From: an uncultured virus (IMG/VR IMGVR_UViG_3300033170_000462)
Lineage: Duplodnaviria > Heunggongvirae > Uroviricota > Caudoviricetes
Length of the DNA: 22,902 bases
IMG/VR virus record: IMGVR_UViG_3300033170_000462
Direction: 5' to 3' (one strand)
The notes under the pieces are model-generated. The model had not been told where the DNA came from. It saw nothing but the letters and a program-made list of their open reading frames with translations, and did no database searches. This document shows positions 9,240 through 15,461 of the stretch, piece by piece (position 1 is the stretch's first letter; every line of letters begins with the position of its first letter). Made by a program: the position numbers and the translations under genes.

Positions 9240-9602
9240 TCAGTACATCCACAGCACCTGCTGCGGCAGGGTTTCGGAGACATCCAGATGCACGAAGTGC
9301 TTGTGCACGCCAATCCGGTGGATGCCGGCCTGCAGGGCCAGGCGCACCAGCTCGTGGCGCAGGTGGCTGTCGAAGCAGGCCACGTCCACCGCCTGGCCGG
9401 ACACATGGGCCGAGGTCGGCTTGCTGCCCACCCGGCTGTTGTGCACCAGGCAGCGCACGCCGCTGGTGATGGACAGGGGCCGGCCGACGGCTTCGCGCAT
9501 CTGCTGCAGAATGGCCACCAGGCGCCGATCGATGTCGGCCGCGCCGCAGCCGCACTTGCAGGCAAACTCGCGGCGGCTGAAGTTCTTGGTCAGATCGCCC
9601 AT
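9240..9602 (-). CDS. endolysin, peptidase M15A family
   Basis: NFSRREFACKCGCG, ITSGVRC..HN..VG, SAH..G.AVD, FVHLD; GGAGGT RBS. Confidence 0.92.
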   Translation of the reverse strand: MGDLTKNFSRREFACKCGCGAADIDRRLVAILQQMREAVGRPLSITSGVRCLVHNSRVGSKPTSAHVSGQAVDVACFDSHLRHELVRLALQAGIHRIGVHKHFVHLDVSETLPQQVLWMY

Positions 9603-9827
9603 GGGGACCTCCCATGCCGGATGGTTCAACGCGGGGCGGCCGGCTCCGGATGCCGTGCCGCCCCTTTTCGCGGGGTGTTTGAAAAATTGGGGCGGCGCCG
9701 GTTGGGTGCGCCGCCCCGAGCCTTGGATCGGCGGACGGGGTCAGCCGTTCGCCTGGTCGATGGGGGTAATTTATTGGTTTTGCGTGGATTTAGCGCGGGG
9801 AGTTGTCAGGGTTTGGCAGGGGGAATG

Positions 9828-9854
9828 AAAAAGCCCCTCCCGGAGGGGAGGGGC
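9828..9854 (-). terminator. intrinsic terminator after 40-aa ORF
   Basis: Minus strand GCCCCTCCC-ctcc-GGGAGGGGC followed by TTTTT. Confidence 0.8.
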
Positions 9855-9865
9855 AAGGTGCGGGG

Positions 9866-9988
9866 CTAAAAAAGGTGGATAGGCCATGCTTTGAGACCGT
9901 AGTCCCAAGCATCCAAAATGCGGCCGTTTTTCAGTTTCCGGAATCGCCGGAAAATGACGCGACCTTTAGCAGATGCTCTTTTTGCCAT
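9866..9988 (-). CDS. small basic protein, 40 aa (MAKRASAKGRVIFRRFRKLKNGRILDAWDYGLKAWPIHLF)
   Basis: Below ORF-track cutoff; GGAGGT RBS upstream and terminator immediately downstream. Confidence 0.75.
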   Translation of the reverse strand: MAKRASAKGRVIFRRFRKLKNGRILDAWDYGLKAWPIHLF

Positions 9989-10134
9989 GAAAATTCACCT
10001 CCAATCCGGCAAATGATTTTTTCCAGCTTGAAGAGCATCCGCATGGTTGATATACTAAGCGGTGAAACGCAGTTGCAAGCTGACCCGACCTTGCCTATCG
10101 GGAAACCCATTCGTTGTTGGCGCAGCGAATGGGT

Positions 10135-10728
10135 TTAATTTTTTACTAATAATTTTAATGCCCGCAATCGGCTTTTGACGAAGGCTGGGTGAACGTTAAA
10201 TTGCTCGGCCATATCTAATACTCCTGCTCCCGTTCGCGCTAGTTGCACCACAGGTCCTGCCGGCATTAGCAGCGCCCCAGCAAAGCGATGGGCCTGCCAT
10301 TCAGGGTTTTTGAAGACAGGAACGTCATCTTTCCGATACAGCTTCGGTGAGTCGTCGGTTTTTGTTTGCCGGAAAATTTTTAGTGCTCCGGCCCTTTCTA
10401 TTTGCGGTGCGTGAATGATGCAGTGCGCTGTTTCGTGAGCCGCAGTGGAACGAAGCAGTCTCATATTATTGCTTTCCGTTAACTCTGCGTTAATCCAAAC
10501 CTTTCTTTCGATGCAATTCGTCACGCCAAATATTTCGTGTGGCAGCTCATCGGAGACATGGTAGGTAAAACCATAGGCGTCCTCAAGATCGATTTCGGCA
10601 AACCGCTCAATATCAAATTGTACTTCCCCCGCCAATACCTCTGGTTGAAATTTCCGAATAACCGCCTCAGCAATGCCATCAATATCCCGCCCGCTCATTC
10701 CTTTAAAATCCAAGGCTAATTTTGGCAC
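10135..10728 (-). CDS. ImmA/IrrE family metallo-endopeptidase
   Basis: R.TAAHETAH (HExxH) and EWQAHRFAGALLMP. Confidence 0.92.
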   Translation of the reverse strand: MPKLALDFKGMSGRDIDGIAEAVIRKFQPEVLAGEVQFDIERFAEIDLEDAYGFTYHVSDELPHEIFGVTNCIERKVWINAELTESNNMRLLRSTAAHETAHCIIHAPQIERAGALKIFRQTKTDDSPKLYRKDDVPVFKNPEWQAHRFAGALLMPAGPVVQLARTGAGVLDMAEQFNVHPAFVKSRLRALKLLVKN

Positions 10729-10731
10729 AAA

Positions 10732-11100
10732 TCAAGTCCCCTTTCGCTTTTCAAGGCTGTTTACAAGCTTGGCAAATTCACTTTCATCCATATCCGCAGT
10801 AACACGTAAAAGGCTCAACACACTTAAAGCCGGTCTCTTGTTTATTAGGTTCTTCATGTTGACATTGATTTCTTCATTGATCTGTGTCTCGCGGTTGGCT
10901 GCGGCAACCAAATTATTCCCATCGATACTGAGAAATTCTTGTAGTTTTAACACCGCCTCCACGCGAGGTGGGTTTTTTCGACCATGCTCGATGTCCGAAA
11001 TGTAACTCACTGCCAAACCCGAAACTTCAGACAATTCACGCAGCGTTTTCCTCTCCTTCTTTCGAGCATCCCTCAACATTTGCCCGAACCGGCCCGCCAT
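10732..11100 (-). CDS. XRE-family HTH transcriptional regulator
   Basis: FGQMLRDARKKERKTLRELSEVSGLAVSYISDIEHGRKNPP; AGGAGG RBS before ATG 11100. Confidence 0.92.
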   Translation of the reverse strand: MAGRFGQMLRDARKKERKTLRELSEVSGLAVSYISDIEHGRKNPPRVEAVLKLQEFLSIDGNNLVAAANRETQINEEINVNMKNLINKRPALSVLSLLRVTADMDESEFAKLVNSLEKRKGT

Positions 11101-11160
11101 AGCTTCCTCCTTGGCTCGTTGTCCCCCTGAATTTTGCATACTGGATTTCGGCTTCATTAA

Positions 11161-11211
11161 ATTTTACGCCACCAACAAGAGTAAAATACGCTTTTGTTTT
11201 GGGAATGTCAA
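11161..11211 (-). promoter_or_regulatory. sigma70-like promoter with overlapping palindromic operator
   Basis: TTGACA (11211-11206), 17 nt, TATTTT (11188-11183); inverted repeat ATTTTAC-N13-GTAAAAT at 11161-11187. Confidence 0.6.
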
Positions 11212-11347
11212 CCCAGTTTTTCGCCGTTTTTTAGAGTAAAGGTGCCCGGCGTTTTTCTAAAGTTTTTTGCGGGGTTTTTCCTGCTCAAGTGATTTCATCT
11301 GCAGCAGGGTCGCCGCAAGGTGCTGGATACGCGAAAACGTCAGCAAC

Positions 11348-11380
11348 AAAAAAAGCCCCGTCCTATAAAAGGACGGGGCT
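11348..11380 (-). terminator. intrinsic terminator downstream of SDH protease gene
   Basis: Minus strand GCCCCGTCCT-tttat-AGGACGGGGC followed by T7. Confidence 0.85.
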
Positions 11381-11456
11381 AAAAAGGCAAAATATTCAGT
11401 GTTTAAACCATTTGACTCATTCGAATTTTTGGAATCTGGTTGCCGATGACGCCTTG

Positions 11457-12437
11457 TTAGGCTGGAAGGGTTGGAAATTCTTCTGATTGCTGGTGAATAC
11501 TCTCTGGTAATTCGCCGCAGCTATTTCCGTCTGGCGCCGCAAAATTTCCCCCATCAGGTCCTGCCTCACGGGCTTCATGGTTTTCCTCCTCGTTGTTATC
11601 TTCTGACTCTGACAACCAAACGTTCAAAACAGAGTCGCATGGGTCCTTAACATGCTCCTCCAGCAGCAACTCAAGTACTGTCTCAGTTTCATTAGGCTGC
11701 CTAACATTTCCAAAAAGCTTTTTCGCCTCTTTAAAGTTTATCACAAATCCGTGGGATGGATAGCCAACGGTAAGATTTGTTACTGCATCGCTTTTGTTGG
11801 TTAAAAGCGAGCCATATGCCTGCGTAATTGCTAGCGCGCGATTAACTTCTCCTAGCCTGAGTGGGTCCAATTGTGCGGCAATGGGCGACATAACCCCAAC
11901 CGCTAGGTTGGTTGCGATCTCTGCCGCTGTTTTTGTTTTTATAGAATCTCCGCTATTTCTTTTAATATTAATAAAAAAGTGCTCGAACATTGAAAAGGTA
12001 GCAGTTTGCAAGCTAGTAAGCGCTTGAAGGTAAATCAAGCCAGACTCAGATGATAACAACTCATCAGGTTTTGAAAGCTGAATATCAATTGGCCCGAATT
12101 CGCCTTGGGCCCCCATCACAATCTGGTCTGCACCTAAAGCGATAAGGGTTCCCGCGCTTTTGCAAATACCAAAAACATATATGGTAAAGATTTTGTAATA
12201 TTTTTTGAAAAGGTCTGCGATTAGATACGCGGCATTGGGATCTCCACCATAGGTGCACAATAATAGGCTGGCGTTTGGCCTTTTGCACGATATACGGCTG
12301 AAGTTATCATACATTTGTTTTGCGGCTGCTCGACTGATATCTCCGTTTAATAGAAACAGATCGGAATCTGTCTCAGCAGAGACATGACGTGCATACTCTT
12401 TGATTTTGGCTACCCTCATTTTTGCTTCTTCTTGCAT
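11457..12437 (-). CDS. SDH family Clp-fold serine proteinase (SDH_sah/S49-like)
   Basis: TYGGD..AAY.IA, KSAGTLIALGAD.IVMG..GEFGPIDIQ, GYPSHGFVI; GGAGG RBS before ATG 12437; AT-rich relative to flanks. Confidence 0.85.
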   Translation of the reverse strand: MQEEAKMRVAKIKEYARHVSAETDSDLFLLNGDISRAAAKQMYDNFSRISCKRPNASLLLCTYGGDPNAAYLIADLFKKYYKIFTIYVFGICKSAGTLIALGADQIVMGAQGEFGPIDIQLSKPDELLSSESGLIYLQALTSLQTATFSMFEHFFINIKRNSGDSIKTKTAAEIATNLAVGVMSPIAAQLDPLRLGEVNRALAITQAYGSLLTNKSDAVTNLTVGYPSHGFVINFKEAKKLFGNVRQPNETETVLELLLEEHVKDPCDSVLNVWLSESEDNNEEENHEAREAGPDGGNFAAPDGNSCGELPESIHQQSEEFPTLPA

Positions 12438-12547
12438 TAACTCCTCCAAACAAAAAACAAAATCCGCCCTTCCAGGGGCGGGTTGCGGAGGTACAAGTAT
12501 TTTGAATGATTAATACAACCTAAATCAAATTGAAGTCAAGCGGTTTT

Positions 12548-12859
12548 TCAAAACAACCCCATCTGCCGAGGGTCCACGCCATGCACCCGCTCATAGGTGT
12601 TATTCCGGCCCAAAAACTCAACCAGCTCATCAAATCGAACGCGCCGTGACCGGCGCAGCATGTAGGAATCGAGACTGCAGGGGCAGGTAGGCTGCCCCGT
12701 GTCCGGATCGCGCTCGTAGGCGGCGACCAGGCGCCAGAAGGTGCGGTCGGAGACGCCCAGAATGGCCTGCACTTCGCCCGGGGCGTAGCTGGATTTTTTC
12801 GGCAACCCGGCCGCGCGCAGCATGCCCAGCAGGCGTTGTTCGGCCAGTTCGTGATTCAT
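12548..12859 (-). CDS. HTH DNA-binding protein, putative middle/late transcription regulator
   Basis: SYAPGEVQAILGVSDRTFWRLV (MerR/excisionase-like HTH); sits at the end of the early region, where Mu-like phages carry Mor/C activators; GGAGG RBS. Confidence 0.7.
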   Translation of the reverse strand: MNHELAEQRLLGMLRAAGLPKKSSYAPGEVQAILGVSDRTFWRLVAAYERDPDTGQPTCPCSLDSYMLRRSRRVRFDELVEFLGRNNTYERVHGVDPRQMGLF

Positions 12860-12876
12860 AATCCCTCCCGGATAAA

Positions 12877-12955
12877 GGCAGGCTGAAGGCTGAAGTCCGA
12901 AGGCTGAAGACAAAGCCAGCTTCCTTCAGTCTTCAGCCTTCAGTCTTCAGTCTGT
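12877..12955. repeat. inverted pair of heptamer arrays (GGCTGAA)n ... (TTCAGYC)n
   Basis: ggcaggctgaaggctgaagtccgaaggctgaagac ... ccttcagtcttcagccttcagtcttcagtctg; can form a long hairpin. Confidence 0.8.
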
Positions 12956-13739
12956 TCCCAAATTTCCGCGCCAGCTTGCGCGCCAGTTCAGCGCCCTGGC
13001 GGCGCTGGTCGGCATCCTCCGGCGGTTCCGCCAGCCGTGGCTGAGAGGGCCGGCGTGGCATGTGCGCCCAGATGGCCTTGGGTTCCGGCCATTTTTCAAC
13101 GGACTTTAAAAGGCCGGAAAAGGCCGCTTTAACCCGCTGTGAATCCACGGCCTCGATGCCGCAACTGCCGGCCATGACGTGGTGCCAGACATCGGCGGTG
13201 CGGGTGATCACGTCGGCACCGGGCGCGCCATCCAGCCCCATGACCACCAGAGCGGCCAGGCCGTCGGCGATGCGGCTGCGCAGCCAGTCGCCGGCGCCCC
13301 AGGCCGCCAGATCGGCGATGGCGCGGGCGCGTTTGCCGGTGGGTGGGTCGGTGGCGGCTCTTGATGCCCGATCGGGCGATGGGGAAACCACAACATTGGA
13401 GCTCACTGTCTCGATCACCGATTGCAAATAGCGATGGTCCTTGAGGGGCTTAAATGTGCCTTGGTCACGCTTACGGCGCAGAGCCTCGACTGTCTCGCCC
13501 AGCGCCATAACTAAAATGCGAGGTTCAATATCCAATGCCAATACTTCCTGAGCTAACCGCAGGGCTCGATTGTGAGCTAGGTCGCGGGTGGCTGGTCGAA
13601 AACATCCAAGGTATGATGCCAGCGGGCCGAAGAGGGGGCCTGACTTGGCCAGAAGAATAAGTAGTTCTCGGCCATCCGCGTCGGATGTGTAAGCTTCTAT
13701 GCTGTTACTACTGTGACAAATTGGACAACGTAGTTTCAT
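12933..13739 (-). CDS. Mu-like prophage hypothetical protein with N-terminal CxxC
   Basis: Probable start MKLRCPICHS at ATG 13739 with AAGGGA RBS; YLGCFRP...L...RALRL and PLKDHRYL motifs recall Mu-like early proteins. Confidence 0.75.
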   Translation of the reverse strand: MKLRCPICHSSNSIEAYTSDADGRELLILLAKSGPLFGPLASYLGCFRPATRDLAHNRALRLAQEVLALDIEPRILVMALGETVEALRRKRDQGTFKPLKDHRYLQSVIETVSSNVVVSPSPDRASRAATDPPTGKRARAIADLAAWGAGDWLRSRIADGLAALVVMGLDGAPGADVITRTADVWHHVMAGSCGIEAVDSQRVKAAFSGLLKSVEKWPEPKAIWAHMPRRPSQPRLAEPPEDADQRRQGAELARKLARKFGNRLKTEG

Positions 13740-13743
13740 GATT

Positions 13744-13821
13744 CCCTTGCTTTGCATCGCTATACAGAGCCTCGCCAAGCCACACTCGGCCTTGCAAAAC
13801 ATAGCATTGCGTGGCATTGCC
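13744..13821 (-). ncRNA. 5-nt-periodic array 2, (NGY-NN)n, candidate guide RNA
   Basis: GGC aa TGC ca CGC aa TGC ta TGT tt TGC aa GGC cg AGT gt GGC tt GGC ga GGC tc TGT at AGC ga TGC aa AGC aa GGG; 15 of 16 triplets are NGY. The periodicity is seen directly; RNA function is inferred. Confidence 0.7.
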
Positions 13822-13901
13822 GTTTGAATCGGCTGCTCATCAGGCCCAAAGCACCACCTCCGGGCGACCGGCCCCCGCAGGGGCACGGTTTCGCTTGAAA
13901 C
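13822..13901 (-). ncRNA. hammerhead ribozyme (type II topology) between the arrays
   Basis: GC-GAAA-CCG.GCCCC[ugcg]GGGGC-CGG-UC / GCCCGGAG[guggug]CUUUGGGC-CUGAUGA-GC; complete core, GUC triplet at 13868-13866. Confidence 0.85.
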
Positions 13902-13974
13902 ACCTTGCTTTGCATTACCGCGCTTGGCTTTGCCCGGCCAAAGCGCACAGTGCGATGCCATGGCTTGCCTAGCC
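13902..13974 (-). ncRNA. 5-nt-periodic array 1, (NGY-NN)n, candidate guide RNA
   Basis: GGC ta GGC aa GCC at GGC at CGC ac TGT gc GCT tt GGC cg GGC aa AGC ca AGC gc GGT aa TGC aa AGC aa GGT; 13 of 15 triplets are NGY; begins 10 nt after the stop of the RAMP-like gene. Confidence 0.7.
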
Positions 13975-13984
13975 AGATTTCGTA

Positions 13985-14557
13985 TCAACTGCCTTTATTT
14001 TCCTTCCACTCGACCACTGCAAACTTGCCGAACGGGCCGCGCCGGTCCGGTCGGAAATCGCCAAGTCCAACCTTCTTCCCAGCGTCGTCGACGATTTGCC
14101 GCACTAGAGCGGGACTGAACATCTCGGTATCAATATCCAATGTGAAGGAAAGTTTCCATTCGTCGAGTCTTGGCCTGTGGCACATGATGCGGCCACCAGT
14201 AGAGGGGATCACCACGCTGCGACTATCGACCTCGAACATTTTGGTCCCCAAAGGGCAGGCCAGATCGAGCAGGGCCACTCCGGCAGGAATCAGGCTGGAG
14301 CGCAGGGTGGTTACTTTACTTTTGCCACATTTGTGAAATTTCCCTGCGGCGATGATGGCGGCAAAGATGTTCGGTCCTGGGATAAAGAGGTTGCCCTTGT
14401 CATCGGCATACACCTTTTTCTCTGCACTTTGCCTGGGCGTCCCTTTTGCCCCTAGAGTCGTGCCAGATGTTCCGTTGGAAACTTTCACCTGGGCCTCTTC
14501 GGTAAATCGATTCATCAGCAGCGGAGTAGTTCCTTTGATCTTTACGGTGACAAGCAT
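13985..14557 (-). CDS. stand-alone RAMP/Cas7-like protein (candidate Vipr-like RNA-guided effector), 190 aa
   Basis: AGGAGG RBS, start MLVTVKIKGTTPLLMN; LFIPGPNIFAAI (cf. RAMP IPGSSxKG); C-terminal Gly-rich loop VGLGDFRPDRRGPFGKF. Fold inferred from motifs only. Confidence 0.65.
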   Translation of the reverse strand: MLVTVKIKGTTPLLMNRFTEEAQVKVSNGTSGTTLGAKGTPRQSAEKKVYADDKGNLFIPGPNIFAAIIAAGKFHKCGKSKVTTLRSSLIPAGVALLDLACPLGTKMFEVDSRSVVIPSTGGRIMCHRPRLDEWKLSFTLDIDTEMFSPALVRQIVDDAGKKVGLGDFRPDRRGPFGKFAVVEWKENKGS

Positions 14558-14559
14558 AG

Positions 14560-14736
14560 TTAATCCTCCTTTTGATGTTTGATCTTGAGTTCCGAAGCGA
14601 TACCCAGCGCAAATAAGCATACGCGCAATTCGTCCAAGGCGTCCTGGACACGGTTCAGCAAAGACGGCGTTGGGGGTTTTGCGGAATGCTGGCGATCGGG
14701 AAAGGGAATGACGCGGGTGGGTTGTCTGCTTTTCAT
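14560..14736 (-). CDS. 58-aa ORF under C4 control (icd/ant-like position)
   Basis: MKSRQPTRVIPFPDRQ...; AAGGAG RBS overlaps the b2 target; stop 2 nt before the RAMP-like gene start. Confidence 0.6.
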   Translation of the reverse strand: MKSRQPTRVIPFPDRQHSAKPPTPSLLNRVQDALDELRVCLFALGIASELKIKHQKED

Positions 14737-14744
14737 GACACGCT

Positions 14745-14783
14745 CCTTGTGAGGGGTTTCGTCATGCCGTTTTGCGCTGCCAA
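14745..14783 (-). promoter_or_regulatory. C4 downstream target a2/b2
   Basis: a2 TTGGCAG (14783-14777) and b2 TCACAAGG (14752-14745), complementary to C4 segments CTGCCAA and CCTTGTGA. Confidence 0.75.
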
Positions 14784-14791
14784 ACGCAAAA

Positions 14792-14863
14792 GGGCGACCG
14801 TGCGGGTTGGCAGACCGGTCACAAGGTACCCGGCGAGCCCGAAGGCTCCCCGCACGGCCGCCC
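14792..14863 (-). ncRNA. C4-type antisense RNA
   Basis: Cloverleaf: closing stem GGGCGGCCGTGCGG/CCGCACGGTCGCCC, GAGCC-TTCG-GGCTC hairpin, CCGG..CCTTGTGA..CCGG (b') and CTGCCAA (a'); flanked by complementary targets on both sides as in P1/P7 c4. Confidence 0.85.
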
Positions 14864-14892
14864 AGACGAAACGGAGCAATGCCATGCTGTGT

Positions 14893-14985
14893 GGACACAA
14901 AAATACCGCCAAATGCTCTGGGCGGTTGTGTCCGCCTCGTGAAACGGGCTGCCAAACCCGATCGCTGGATTTTGCCAGCGACAGA
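14893..14985 (-). promoter_or_regulatory. c4-a1b1-like leader with terminator-like hairpin
   Basis: a1 TTGGCAG (14955-14949) in CGGG..CCCG stem; b1 TCACGAGG (14942-14935); GGACACAA-CCGCC...GGCGGT-ATTTTTGTGTCC. Confidence 0.75.
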
Positions 14986-14988
14986 TTT

Positions 14989-15017
14989 ACGGTAGCCCAT
15001 GTGCGGTTTTGTGTCAA
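14989..15017 (-). promoter_or_regulatory. putative sigma70 promoter of C4 cassette
   Basis: TTGACA (15017-15012), 17 nt, TACCGT. Confidence 0.5.
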
Positions 15018-15026
15018 GCTCTGCCA

Positions 15027-15461
15027 TCATTCCCTTCTTTTCCCCCGCCGTTTCTGGTCGTAAACCAGCGCCGCCACGATCCGCCGCAGCTGATCGGCCG
15101 TGCAGAAGCGCACCAGGTCGATGCCGAACATGTGTTTGGCCATGGCGTCCGCGTAGGCCCAAGGCCGCCCGGCTTCGGCCAGCAGCGCCTCAATCTTGGC
15201 CAGGTAGCCGTCCTTGTCCACCGGCGCCGCGCCGGCAAAGGGCCGTTTCCCGGCCCGCTTGGGCGCGCCTTTCTTGCGCCATACCCCGGCGGCCAGGGCC
15301 TTGGCTTCCAGATCGGCCAGCAGGGCGCCTGCGTCGCGGTCGGACAGCTGCTTGCTGCTGGTTACGCCGTAACCGGCCAGCACCGCCCGGTAATCGTCGT
15401 CATTCAGCCCCAGGGCGCCCTTGACGGTATGAATCAGCTTGATCTGCGTCGGGTTGGCCAT
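15027..15461 (-). CDS. gemA: GemA/gp16 family regulatory protein (DUF1018)
   Basis: IKLIH..K.ALGLNDDDYRAVL...GVTSSKQL, KIEALL...RPWAYADAMAKHMFG, QLRRIVAAL. Confidence 0.88.
   Translation of the reverse strand: MANPTQIKLIHTVKGALGLNDDDYRAVLAGYGVTSSKQLSDRDAGALLADLEAKALAAGVWRKKGAPKRAGKRPFAGAAPVDKDGYLAKIEALLAEAGRPWAYADAMAKHMFGIDLVRFCTADQLRRIVAALVYDQKRRGKRRE

Noticed and set aside
9809..9819. GGGTTTGGCAG identical to the C4 a1 region
   Set aside because: Opposite orientation relative to transcription and no b site nearby; probably coincidental.
11182..11193. TAAAATACGCTT resembles concatenated array 1 dinucleotides (TAAAATATACGCTT) at the XRE promoter
   Set aside because: Requires deleting one unit and is only 12 nt in AT-rich sequence; not convincing.
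12523..12551. Partial gapped match of array 2 dinucleotides (15 of first 20 positions) upstream of the SDH protease gene
   Set aside because: Found by eye in AT-rich DNA with mismatches in half of the units; plausibly chance and needs a proper statistical search.
13744..13974. CRISPR array
   Set aside because: No 23-50 nt repeats with unique spacers; only a 13-nt terminal repeat and 5-nt periodicity.
13740..13988. 83-codon N-terminal extension of the 351-aa ORF across both arrays and the ribozyme
   Set aside because: TTG start, low-complexity translation, and a better RBS plus ATG at 13739; the sequence is explained by period-5 and RNA structure. Some read-through translation cannot be excluded.
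14733..15162. Ash-like ORFs spanning the C4 region (14733-15017; 5' part of 14560-15162)
   Set aside because: Better explained as C4 RNA, leader and promoter; such ORF calls commonly overlap c4 elements.
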